A stretch of 64,000 nt of DNA from Planctomycetota bacterium (GTDB lineage: Bacteria > Planctomycetota > PLA2 > JAEUHO01): NCBI GenBank assembly GCA_050248855.1, contig JBFWRP010000007.1, positions 96,001 to 160,000 of the forward strand, read 5' to 3'. Both the position numbers and the translations under genes were made by a program. This document shows, one piece after another, positions 1-11,184 of this stretch; within the stretch, counting starts at the first letter, position 1, and every line of letters starts with the position of its first letter. The notes below the pieces were generated by a model, which was given only the letters and a program-made list of their open reading frames with translations, searched no databases and was not told where the DNA came from.

Positions 1-1863
<1,863 letters not shown>

Positions 1864-2035
1864 ACCCGGGGGAACGAGGCCGCCCTTGCCTCGGGCCGCC
1901 GAGCCGCCGATGCAAAGGTCGTGGGAACGCGCGGCGTGCCGCTGCGTCCAACCCACGGGATGGGGCCCTGCGGCCCCCGCCGCGCCCGTAGTCTCGGACC
2001 GGGGCCCACCCGGCGCCCGGAAGGAGAAGAGGTCC

Positions 2036-3913
2036 ATGCAGAGTCACCAGCAGGCCGCCCGCCGACGTGCCGCGACCACGTGGGCGGTGGTTGCCCTCTT
2101 CGGCGCGCTTCTGCTCACGAGCGGCGGTACCGCCGAGGCCGGCGCACCGCCGACCAACTGGACGTACCGCGACCGGGCGCACAAGTTCTCGCTGAAGATG
2201 TTCAGGGGGTTCGAGCGCGTCCCCTTGCAGCCGGGCGAAGAAGAGAACCGGGGCATGGTCGTGCGCTTTGCCGACCCCAAGAGCAAGGGCCAGAACCGCG
2301 GCACCTACGACGTCGAGGTCGAAGTCGTCAAGATCGACACGGTCGAAGGGGGCGTCGGCGGCGGCGTGACCACCGGGGACGGGTTGCCGGACGGAATGCC
2401 GCCCGAGATTGCCCGCGCCATGCGCGGGTTCCGACCCAAGAGCGCCTGGGACGCCACGATCGTCCAGGCCCTCTCCGTCTCCGGGGTCGAAGACGACGAG
2501 ATGTCCGAGCTCAAGGACAAGCCCGACAAGAAGATCGAGTCCAAGGACAAGCCGAAGATCCCCGGCGTGCTCTACAAGATCGAGCGCGCCGTGCCCACGC
2601 TCTATGGCGAGGAGCTCAGCTTGTTCATGGTGCTGGCCGTCTTCGTCAAGGACAACGTCGAGTACGGCGTCTACATGACCTGTGGCGGCAAGCTCCGCAA
2701 GAGCTACGAGAGCTCGTTCGAGCGCATCGCCAAGTCCTTCATGTGGTTCGACGACAAGGCCAAGGACATCGAGAGCCTGGACATCCTGGACGGCGTCAAC
2801 ATCAGCGCGAAGCGCCGCCGCGAGATCGAGCGCGGCCTGGTCAAGGGCTGGGACGTCGTGGTGAGTCCCAAGAAGAACTACATCGTCGTCTACAACACCA
2901 ACAACAACAAAAACAAGCTGCTTGCGAAGATCATCGCCGAGCGGATCGAAGCGATTCGCGAGCAGATCTACGAGGTGCAGTTCCCGCCGTCCGAGCCCAT
3001 CGAAGCCGTGTCCATCGTGCGCGTCTGCAAGGATCGCCGCGAGTACATGGCCTACGGCGCGCCGGGCGGCAGCGCCGGCTACTGGAGCAGCGCCGACGAG
3101 GAGCTGGTCTTCTACGATGCCAGCCCGAGCAAGAAGCCCGATGACGACACCCTCGCGGTGCTCTATCACGAGGCGTTCCACCAGTACATCTTCTACAGCG
3201 TGGGCAACGTCGCCCCGCACTCGTGGTTCAACGAAGGCCACGGCGACTACTACGCCGGCGCCGAGTTCAAGGGCGGCAAGTTCCGCATCGAGCCGTTCGA
3301 CTGGCGCCAGGGCACGATCCGCGGCGCCATCGTGACCGGGCCGCGCGGAGTCGTCAGCGAGAAGGAGGGTCGTCGCCAGTACGACGGCAACGGCGGCTAC
3401 ACGCCGCTCTGCGACTTCGTGCGCTTCACGCAGGGAGAGTACTACTCCTACCCCGGCATCTGCTACGCGCAGGGCTGGTCGCTCATCTACTTCCTGCGCG
3501 AGATCGTCCCGAAGAACAAGAAGTACAACGAGAAGTGGGGCCGCATCCTCGAGGTCTACTTCGACACGCTGAAGGCCGAGGTCAAGCAGGACAGGGAGTT
3601 CGGCGGCTTCCGTCCGCGCCCGCGCGACGACGATGACGACGACGACGGGGGTGACGAGGGGGACGAGGGCGGGGATGAAGACGGTCCTCCGCCCCCCGGT
3701 GACGGTCCTCCGGTCGGCCCCCCCGGCGACGGCGAGGGTGACGGTGGTGGGGACGAGCCCGACGACCCGGACGCCACGTTCTCCGCGCCCCGGCCCACCG
3801 GCGGCTTCGGTCCCAGCGCGGCGCTCGAGAAGGCCGTCCAGGAGGCGTTCAAGGACGTCGACTGGGAGGAGCTCGAAGAGGCTTGGCGCGAGGCCACCAA
3901 GCGCGGGAAGTGA
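2036..3913 (+). CDS. Exported DUF1570-like zinc metallopeptidase with acidic/Pro-Gly-rich C-terminal linker
   Basis: AAGGAG RBS before ATG 2036; signal-like N-terminus; HEAFHQY zinc motif followed by WFNEG; YAQGWSLIYFL motif typical of planctomycete DUF1570 proteins. Confidence 0.75.
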   Translation: MQSHQQAARRRAATTWAVVALFGALLLTSGGTAEAGAPPTNWTYRDRAHKFSLKMFRGFERVPLQPGEEENRGMVVRFADPKSKGQNRGTYDVEVEVVKIDTVEGGVGGGVTTGDGLPDGMPPEIARAMRGFRPKSAWDATIVQALSVSGVEDDEMSELKDKPDKKIESKDKPKIPGVLYKIERAVPTLYGEELSLFMVLAVFVKDNVEYGVYMTCGGKLRKSYESSFERIAKSFMWFDDKAKDIESLDILDGVNISAKRRREIERGLVKGWDVVVSPKKNYIVVYNTNNNKNKLLAKIIAERIEAIREQIYEVQFPPSEPIEAVSIVRVCKDRREYMAYGAPGGSAGYWSSADEELVFYDASPSKKPDDDTLAVLYHEAFHQYIFYSVGNVAPHSWFNEGHGDYYAGAEFKGGKFRIEPFDWRQGTIRGAIVTGPRGVVSEKEGRRQYDGNGGYTPLCDFVRFTQGEYYSYPGICYAQGWSLIYFLREIVPKNKKYNEKWGRILEVYFDTLKAEVKQDREFGGFRPRPRDDDDDDDGGDEGDEGGDEDGPPPPGDGPPVGPPGDGEGDGGGDEPDDPDATFSAPRPTGGFGPSAALEKAVQEAFKDVDWEELEEAWREATKRGK

Positions 3914-4002
3914 CCCGTCCCGACGCGGGTTTTGCCCAGCTCCTGCGTTCGGCCCCCGCCGGGCCGGGCCACCATGGCTCCCCGTCCGTAGGGAGCCCGT
4001 CC

Positions 4003-5421
4003 ATGCGCCGTCTGCTCGCCATCCTGCTCGTCACGACCTTCGGCGCCGCGCTGCTGCCGCCGCAGGCGGCGCGCGCCGACGACGTGGACGCGCAAGCCGT
4101 CGAGGCCCGCCGCCTGGGTCGCCGCCTGCTCGCCCACGATCCCGCGCGGCGGGTGGAGGCGCTCGGCGCGCTGTTCGAGCTGCTCGAAGGCGCGCCCGAG
4201 CGCCGTGACGAGCTGCTCGCGGAAGCCACGGGCGCCCTGGCCGACTGGGCCGATCGCAGCGAACGGCTCGCAGAGACCTGGGAGCGGGATCTGGCAGAGG
4301 GCGACCCCGTGCTGCGCTCGCGCGCCGCGCGGCTCTTGGCGGCGCTCGTGCTGGAGCGCGGGGCCCGTGCGTGGGCTGACGCCGACGGCGACATGGGCGC
4401 ACCGCTCGGCGACGCACCGGCGACGGTCGGGGCGACGCCTGGCGAGCCCCCCACACCGTCCGCGCCGCGGCCCCTGCCGGCGGACCTGCGCGAGCACCGT
4501 TTGGTCGACACGGGCGTGCTCGTGGGCCTCGGCGCCACGTCGCTGGACGTCCGCACCTTCCTCATGCGTCACGCGGATGCCAGCCAGGTCGTCGACTTCG
4601 GCTCGGGGCTGTGGATGGTGCTGGCGGACCCGGAGGGGCATGCCCGCCTGGCCGAGGCGCTGGCCGCCGTGGCGCGTGGCGAGGATCTGGAGGCACGCGC
4701 GGAGCCGACGACGCCCCCCGCCGCGGGCGCGCCGGAGCCTCGCGATGGACCCCCTGCGGGCGGCGCCGGCGAAGCGCCGCCGCCGGCGGCGGAAGACGCG
4801 GCCGGGACAGCGGCGCCCGACCACGGGGTCGATGGCCCGCGTTGGAAGGCCTCGGGCTTCGCGCTGCGGGTACCTCACGCGGAGTCGGGCCAGGACGACG
4901 CGGCACCCACCGGCGTGCGTACGGGGACGCTCGACGAGGCGGCAGCGTGGCTGGCGCGGGAGCGCAAGCGTCGCGATGCGCGCGAGATGCGCTCCTGGAC
5001 CACGCCGCTCGCGGTTGGCGCGCCACCCATGGAATGGCGCGCCGGCCGGGAGATCCCCTACAACCGCAGTATCGTGGCCGTGGGCGACGGAGCCTACCGC
5101 GTGGACAGCTCGACGCTGCACGAGGGCTACGCCTTCTCCCTACGCCTCGTCGCTCCGGAGGGGGATCCGACGTCCACGCGCCTCGTGGTCGAAGCCTCGC
5201 GTACCGACGTCGTGGAGCCGCTGACCGAGCTGCAAGTGCGGCCCGCGGCCGATGCCGAGCCGCTCACCGTGCACCGCGCACGCTGGACGCGCAGCACGCG
5301 CACCGAGACGGTCGACCTCGCGCCCGCGGGCGGCGTCGTCGTGATCGGCTTCGACCTTCCCGCCGGCGACGTCAGCGAGCGCGTGATCCTCGTCCTGACG
5401 CTCACGCCCCCGGATCGTTGA
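4003..5421 (+). CDS. Exported hypothetical protein with degenerate secretin-like C-terminal region
   Basis: Signal peptide MRRLLAILLVTTFGAALLPPQAARA; helical N-terminus; C-terminus has AGREIPY...TETVDL...GGVVVIG...ERVILVLTLTP, resembling secretin beta-strands. Confidence 0.55.
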   Translation: MRRLLAILLVTTFGAALLPPQAARADDVDAQAVEARRLGRRLLAHDPARRVEALGALFELLEGAPERRDELLAEATGALADWADRSERLAETWERDLAEGDPVLRSRAARLLAALVLERGARAWADADGDMGAPLGDAPATVGATPGEPPTPSAPRPLPADLREHRLVDTGVLVGLGATSLDVRTFLMRHADASQVVDFGSGLWMVLADPEGHARLAEALAAVARGEDLEARAEPTTPPAAGAPEPRDGPPAGGAGEAPPPAAEDAAGTAAPDHGVDGPRWKASGFALRVPHAESGQDDAAPTGVRTGTLDEAAAWLARERKRRDAREMRSWTTPLAVGAPPMEWRAGREIPYNRSIVAVGDGAYRVDSSTLHEGYAFSLRLVAPEGDPTSTRLVVEASRTDVVEPLTELQVRPAADAEPLTVHRARWTRSTRTETVDLAPAGGVVVIGFDLPAGDVSERVILVLTLTPPDR

Positions 5422-5438
5422 AGCGCGAGGGGCCCTGG

Positions 5439-5473
5439 CCCCAGCCGGCGACCCCCAGCCGGCGACCCCCAGC
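5439..5473. repeat. 14-bp tandem repeat CCCCAGCCGGCGAC x2.5
   Basis: Read directly in the intergenic gap just upstream of the ATG at 5490. Confidence 0.8.
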
Positions 5474-5489
5474 AGGGTAGGCTTGCGCC

Positions 5490-8072
5490 ATGCATCGCGA
5501 TCGCTGGTTGCTCGTCCTGCTCACGGCGCTTGCGATCGCTGCCGGCTGGTGGCTGGCCAGCGGTGCAGGGACGCCGGGCGGCGACGTCCCCGCGTCCGAC
5601 GGCGAGGACCTGGAAGCCGTCGAGGCACGCCTGTTCGAGCGCCTGGGGCGCGAGGCGGACGCGCGGCGCCTCCCGGGTCTGGAAGCGCGACCGCGGGGCG
5701 AGGGCGTGCTTCGGGGAACCGTCTTGCACCACGTTCCCGAAGTGGGTGTCCGCCCCCTGACCGACGTCATCGTGCGCGTGTACTGGCGCAGCGACGCGGC
5801 GCTCGAGGGTCCGGCCGCGCCGGACGAAGCCTCCCCCGAGGGTCGCGCCACCGCGCGCACGGACGCGGAGGGCACGTTCGTCTTCCAGCGCCTGCCGGCG
5901 TTCACCGGCGGCGTGCTCGTGTTGCGCCATGCCCCCTACCGCGACGTGCAGCGTCGAGGCGTGCATGTCCGCGTGGGCGAGACGACGGACCTGGGCGAGA
6001 TCCTGTTGGGGGCGCCGACGTCGCTCCGCGGCGAGGTCGTGGACGCGCGGGGCCGGCCCCTGGAGGGTGCACGCGTGCAGGCCTTTGCAGCGCGACCCGG
6101 GACAGGGGACGGCTTCGACCTCCGGCGCGGGTTGCTCGAGCTGCAGGAGGGCGCCGTGGCGTTGGCCGACGTGGAGGTCGACCGGTTCGGCGAGTTCGTG
6201 CTCGATGATCTTCCGCCGGGCACGTACACGCTCCGCGCCTCGGCCCGCGGTCACGCGACGGCCTTCCGCGGAGGCGTCGTCGTCTCGCTGGACGAGCATG
6301 GCTCCGCCGTTCGCATGGTCCTGGACGAAGGCGCAGGATTCCGGGGCCGCGTACGCGAGAGCGGGGGCCGGGGCCTGATGGGCGCCCGCGTCATCGCCGT
6401 CGCCTTGCCCGCGGGGGGCGAAGTGCGCGTGGATCGGGTCGAGACCACCTCCGGACCCGATGGCGTGTACGAGCTGGATGTCCTCGTCCCCGGCATGCGG
6501 TACTTCCTCGAAGCGGCGCATCCGGACCACGCGCCGTCCGGCACGTTCGTCGTGGCGACCACGGGCTTCCTGGAGCGCGACTTCGTGCTCGAAGCCAGCG
6601 GTCGCGTGCAAGGCGTCATCCGCGACGCCGAGACCGGCAAGCCGGTGCCCTACGCGGAGGTGACGCTGGCGAGCGGATCGCTCGCCGGCGTGTCGCCGCT
6701 CAGCACCACGGCGGACGGCGCGGGCCAGTACGTCTTCCCGCATGCGCACCCGGGCCCCGTGCTGCTCTTCTTGGCGCGCGCGCCGGGCTTCGTGCAGACG
6801 GACGAGGCCGACCTGAAGGGCTTGGGCGGGCTGGTCGTGGAAGCAGGCGGCCTGCTCGAGATCGACCGCGAGCTCGTGGCGGGCGGCGAGGTGACGGGGA
6901 CGGTGAGGGACCAAGCGGGTCGCGTCGTTCCCTACGCGACCGTCGGGCTCACGGAGCGCCGGGCCCGCTGGCGCGGCGAACGGACCACCACGACCGACCT
7001 CGGCGGCGCCTACCGATTGGCCGGTATCCGCGCGGGGGAGCACGTGCTGCGGGTCGATGCGACGGGCTACGCGCCGCTGGTCGCCGACGCGGACGTGAAG
7101 GTCGTGATGCCGCCCGCCGCCACGTCGATCGTGCACGACGTGGTGCTGGACGACGGGGCCGTGCTGACGGGGCGGGTGCGCACCGAGGAGAACGCCCCCG
7201 TCAGCGGGGCGGTGGCCCGCGTGGAGGTCGACGGGGATCGCCGCGCGCGCGAGCGCGTCGCAGGCCGCCAGGCCGTCACCCATCCCGATGGCAGCTACCG
7301 CCTGGGCGGGCTACCGGCCGGCGTGCCGATCACGCTCGTCGTGCAGCACGCGAGCCACGCCGCCGCGCGCAAGGGTCCCTACCGTCTCCAGGCGGGGCAG
7401 GTGATGCCCGTGGACATCACGCTCGACCAGGGCGCCCGGCTCGTCGGCCGTGCGGAGGACCCCGACGGCCGTCCCATCGAGCGCGCCCGCGTGCGCTGGG
7501 GCGTCGTGCGTCCCGAAGACGAGGGCGAGCTGCGGGATGCCTTCCGCGCCGACGCACTGCTCGGGACGCGCTCGCTGGGGACGGACGCGTTGGGCGGCTT
7601 CGTCATCGAGGGCCTCGAGCCCGGTCGCCATGTCGTGAAGGTCGAGCACGAGGGGTACGGCACGTGGTACCGCCACGACGTGATGGTGCCCGCGGAGGAC
7701 GACCCGCCCCCGCTCGTGGCCGTCCTGCAGCCAGCGCTCGCCATCGAAGGCGTCGTTCGTGGAGAAGGCGGCGGCGTGGCCGCGGGCGCCTTCGTCTACG
7801 CGCGCGAGCCGCGGGGCGACGGCGAACCACGCGTCGCGGACGGCCGCGTCCGCGCGCTCGTCAGCGGCGAGACCGACGCCGCGGGTCGCTTCCGCTTGGA
7901 GCCGCTCGCTCCGGGCCTCTACGAAGTAGTCGTCTGGTACGCAGCGGGCTTCGTCGCCGAAGCGCAAGACCACCGCGACGCCCGCGTGCGCAAGGCGGGC
8001 GTCAACGCGGGCGCGCGCAACGTGGTCTTCGAGCTCTTGCCCTGGCCGCCACCCGATCCGGGGGGCGGCTAG
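5490..8072 (+). CDS. Membrane-anchored carboxypeptidase-regulatory-like (transthyretin-fold) repeat protein
   Basis: N-terminal TM helix; repeated units G-V-D-x-G-x-P-x-x-A-x-V...T-D-x-x-G-x-Y/F...L-x-P-G-x-Y-x-L-x-A. Confidence 0.85.
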   Translation: MHRDRWLLVLLTALAIAAGWWLASGAGTPGGDVPASDGEDLEAVEARLFERLGREADARRLPGLEARPRGEGVLRGTVLHHVPEVGVRPLTDVIVRVYWRSDAALEGPAAPDEASPEGRATARTDAEGTFVFQRLPAFTGGVLVLRHAPYRDVQRRGVHVRVGETTDLGEILLGAPTSLRGEVVDARGRPLEGARVQAFAARPGTGDGFDLRRGLLELQEGAVALADVEVDRFGEFVLDDLPPGTYTLRASARGHATAFRGGVVVSLDEHGSAVRMVLDEGAGFRGRVRESGGRGLMGARVIAVALPAGGEVRVDRVETTSGPDGVYELDVLVPGMRYFLEAAHPDHAPSGTFVVATTGFLERDFVLEASGRVQGVIRDAETGKPVPYAEVTLASGSLAGVSPLSTTADGAGQYVFPHAHPGPVLLFLARAPGFVQTDEADLKGLGGLVVEAGGLLEIDRELVAGGEVTGTVRDQAGRVVPYATVGLTERRARWRGERTTTTDLGGAYRLAGIRAGEHVLRVDATGYAPLVADADVKVVMPPAATSIVHDVVLDDGAVLTGRVRTEENAPVSGAVARVEVDGDRRARERVAGRQAVTHPDGSYRLGGLPAGVPITLVVQHASHAAARKGPYRLQAGQVMPVDITLDQGARLVGRAEDPDGRPIERARVRWGVVRPEDEGELRDAFRADALLGTRSLGTDALGGFVIEGLEPGRHVVKVEHEGYGTWYRHDVMVPAEDDPPPLVAVLQPALAIEGVVRGEGGGVAAGAFVYAREPRGDGEPRVADGRVRALVSGETDAAGRFRLEPLAPGLYEVVVWYAAGFVAEAQDHRDARVRKAGVNAGARNVVFELLPWPPPDPGGG

Positions 8073-8080
8073 CGCGCGGA

Positions 8081-8318
8081 GGTGTCTGAACCCCGTGAGA
8101 GGTGCAGGAGGGACCGTGAGGGGTGCAGGGGGGTACGGAATAGCCCCCCTGCTGCGCAGGCGAAGCCGGAGCACCGAGTCCGCGCGGTAGCGCGGAACGA
8201 GCGTGGAGCGACCAGACACCGAAGTGCGACGTTCGCCGGCGATCGCACCGCGACCCCTGCGTGTCAGGCACCTTGCCCACGTTGCCGCTGCGCGGCGCCG
8301 CGGCAAGGGTCCTGACAC
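8081..8318. repeat. Cluster of REP-like direct and inverted repeats between convergent genes
   Basis: 20-bp direct repeat at 8093-8112/8114-8133 (2 mismatches); hairpin GCAGGGGGG...CCCCCCTGC; CCGCGC-GGTA-GCGCGG; inverted repeat GTGTCAGGCACCTTGC (8261-8276) / GCAAGGGTCCTGACAC (8303-8318). Confidence 0.6.
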
Positions 8319-8375
8319 ATCCGGGGTCGCCAGGCGCGCGGAGGCGTCGGGGAGCGCGGCGACACGGAGGCGGGC

Positions 8376-11105
8376 TCAGCGTCCGCCGCGGCCACCGAAG
8401 GGCAAGTCGGCCTCGGTGGCCTTCTCCAGGCGGAACTCGACGTCGTTGACGCCGGGGACGGTCTGGTCGTCACGAACGGCCGCCGCCGAGCCGCTGCTGA
8501 ACCCGCGCCAGCCGGCGGCGAACCACACGTAGATCGAATAGCTGCCCGGCGGCACGTTGGTGATCTCGAAGCTGCCGTCCGCCTCGCTGCGCGCGAAGAG
8601 CGCCGGCGCCACGTCGTCGGTGACGGGCTCGGCCGCCGACTCCCCTTCGCCGTCGCGGCCACGTCCCATGACGGGACGCCCGCCGAGGTTCATGCCGACC
8701 ATGGCGCCCTCGACCGGCTTCAGGTCGTCTCCCAGCACGCGGCCGCGGATCGTCTCGCCGCGACGCACGGTCAGCTGGTAGCCGGTACGCACCTGGCCGG
8801 CTTCCATGCGCACGTCGCGCTTGATCAGCGTGACGAAGCCCTCCGCCTCGACCTGGATGACCTGCTGGCCGGTCTGGAGCTCGGTCAAGCGGAAGGTGCC
8901 GTCGTCGGCCGTGACGACGACCTCCGGCTCGAGCTGTCCGCCGATCTCCCAGGCGTTGATGCGGGGGCGACGGGACATGTCGTCGTCGAGCAGGCCGTGG
9001 CGTATGCGCGCCCCGGCGACCCAGCGACCGTCTTCGTCGACGACACGGCCCTCGAGCACGCCCCCGGGCTGCAGGACGACGCGCACCTCGCGCGTGTCGC
9101 CCTCGGCGATGCGCACGCGCTCGCTCTCCGTCTCGACGAAGCCCTCGGCCATCACGGCCGCCTTCCACGCCAGACGCGGCGCGAGGCCGTCGAGGACGAA
9201 GCGCCCCTCCTCGTCGGTCACCGTCAGGTGCGGGTCGAGCTCCTCGCGGAGACGCTCCATGGCCCGGCCGCCGGGACCACGCTGCCGTCCCTCTTCGCCC
9301 TCGGGCGCCTGGCCTCGCGCGAAGACCTTGGCCCCGGCCACGGGCTCGTCCGCGGCGTCCACGACGATGCCGACGAGGCGCCCTGCCCCGGAGAGCGCCA
9401 CGTTGATCTCCCCCTCGTTGCCTTGGTCCGAGATCGTGACGGTCGGCTCCGTCTGGGCGTCGGCGAAGCCCGCCGCGCGCACGGACACGCCGTACGTACC
9501 CGGCATGAGGCCGACGATCTCGTAGCGCCCCTCGGCATCCGTCACGGCGGTCGGCGCGCCGGTCCACATCATGGCGAAGTTGCCGGTGGTCTCGACGGCG
9601 GCACCCACGATGGGCTTGCCGCCCTCGGCTTCGGTCACGCGTCCGACGATGCGGCCCCCGCGCTCGAGCTCGATGTCGTGCTCGAGCGTCTCGCCCGCGA
9701 CGAGGTCCGGCAGGGCGTTGCCCGTGAACATGCTGGCGGCCGAGGCCGTGTACCCGACGGCCTTCACGCTGAGCGTCATGACCGGGCCCGCTTGCACGGG
9801 GTCCAGGACGTACTTGCCCTGCTCGTCGGTGCGTGCGGTTTGCGTGCCCATGGTGGCATCGCTCGCGGCCCCACCGCGCCCGCGACGCCCCCCACCACCC
9901 ATGGCGCCCATCTGGCCCGCCATGACCACGATCTCGGCGTCGGCGACGGGCTTGCCGGTGCCCTTCTCCCGCACGACGCCCTCGATGCGCGCCCCGCGCG
10001 GCAGCACGAAGTCCTTCGTCATGCCCGCTTCGACCGCCACCGCCTGCACTTGCCACTGGGTGGGGTAGCCGTCGGCGATCACGCCGAAGCGGTAGCTCGA
10101 GCCCGGGGCCAGGGTGTCGATGACGTAGCGACCCGCTTCGTCCGTCACGGCATCTTCGCGCTGCACGAAACCGCCGGGGCTGAAGCGACGACCCTCGTCC
10201 CGTACGGCCCGCACGAGGGCCCCGGGAACCGGCTTGCCCTGGTCGTCCTTGACCACGCCCCGGATGTCGGCTCCTCGGCCCAGCACCAGCGTGAGCACGG
10301 TGGCATCGCGGTCCGTGCGGACGAGGACGTTCTCTTCGTAGTCCGTGGAGTAGCCCGACGAACGAGCCGACAGCCGGTACCGCCCGCTGTCGAGCGTGCC
10401 GAACGTGAACATGCCGTTCTCGTCCGTCTGCGTGTCGGCCAGCGGCGTGTCTTCGCCCGCGGCCATGTCGACCATCGCGAAGATCACGCCGCGCTGGAAC
10501 AAGTCGGTGCGCATGGCGTGCACGCTGACGGCGCTCCCGGGCACGGGGCGGCCCGAGGCATCGACCACGCGCCCCGACAGGACGACCTTGTCGCCCAGGT
10601 TCAGGTCGGCCAACTCGGTGATGCGACCGGGCAGCACCTCGACGTTGCGCAGCAACACCTCGGCGAAGCCCTCGCCCTTGACATGCAGCGTGTAGCGGCT
10701 GCCCGGCGGCACGCGCCGGAACAGCACGCGGCCCTGTCCATCCGTGGCCAGGTCCTCGACGTGCACGCCGCGCACGCCGAGCAGGTGCACGGGCTGGTTG
10801 GTGACGGGCGTGCCGTCGGCCAGCCAGAGCAGGCGCACCTGGATGCCGCCCGCCTCCTGGCCCGTCGTGGCGCCGGCCAAGGTGGCGCCGGAGAGCGCGT
10901 CGTCCTCGCCGGTCTCCTGGCCGGATCGGCCGAGCAACGCATCCTCGCGCGCCGTGTCCTCGGTGCCGCCACGCCCGCCGAGCACGCCGTCGAGCAGGCC
11001 GCTGCCCATGGCGAGCCAGACGAGGGCACCGACGGCGGCCACGATGAGGAGCAGGACGGGCAGGGACAGGGCGCCACGGGAGCGGCTCATGGACATCTCC
11101 GGCAT
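8376..11105 (-). CDS. Membrane-anchored carboxypeptidase-regulatory-like repeat protein, paralog of 5490..8072
   Basis: N-terminal TM helix, same repeat units, and a similar C-terminus (PGSYSIYVWFAAG vs PGLYEVVVWYAAG). Start may be slightly downstream. Confidence 0.85.
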   Translation of the reverse strand: MPEMSMSRSRGALSLPVLLLIVAAVGALVWLAMGSGLLDGVLGGRGGTEDTAREDALLGRSGQETGEDDALSGATLAGATTGQEAGGIQVRLLWLADGTPVTNQPVHLLGVRGVHVEDLATDGQGRVLFRRVPPGSRYTLHVKGEGFAEVLLRNVEVLPGRITELADLNLGDKVVLSGRVVDASGRPVPGSAVSVHAMRTDLFQRGVIFAMVDMAAGEDTPLADTQTDENGMFTFGTLDSGRYRLSARSSGYSTDYEENVLVRTDRDATVLTLVLGRGADIRGVVKDDQGKPVPGALVRAVRDEGRRFSPGGFVQREDAVTDEAGRYVIDTLAPGSSYRFGVIADGYPTQWQVQAVAVEAGMTKDFVLPRGARIEGVVREKGTGKPVADAEIVVMAGQMGAMGGGGRRGRGGAASDATMGTQTARTDEQGKYVLDPVQAGPVMTLSVKAVGYTASAASMFTGNALPDLVAGETLEHDIELERGGRIVGRVTEAEGGKPIVGAAVETTGNFAMMWTGAPTAVTDAEGRYEIVGLMPGTYGVSVRAAGFADAQTEPTVTISDQGNEGEINVALSGAGRLVGIVVDAADEPVAGAKVFARGQAPEGEEGRQRGPGGRAMERLREELDPHLTVTDEEGRFVLDGLAPRLAWKAAVMAEGFVETESERVRIAEGDTREVRVVLQPGGVLEGRVVDEDGRWVAGARIRHGLLDDDMSRRPRINAWEIGGQLEPEVVVTADDGTFRLTELQTGQQVIQVEAEGFVTLIKRDVRMEAGQVRTGYQLTVRRGETIRGRVLGDDLKPVEGAMVGMNLGGRPVMGRGRDGEGESAAEPVTDDVAPALFARSEADGSFEITNVPPGSYSIYVWFAAGWRGFSSGSAAAVRDDQTVPGVNDVEFRLEKATEADLPFGGRGGR

Positions 11106-11184
11106 CGACGGGGACGCGCCCCGGGTCGTGTCTTGTACCGCTCCGCGGCGGGCGCGGCCGTCTCCGCGCGGACGCCCGCCCGGC

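Noticed and set aside
3625..3775. GAC/GGC-rich repeats
   Set aside because: Encode the Asp/Gly/Pro low-complexity linker of the metallopeptidase; not an independent element.
5439..5473. 14-bp tandem repeat as a phase-variation or regulatory switch
   Set aside because: Only 2.5 copies and no supporting promoter context; recorded as a repeat only.
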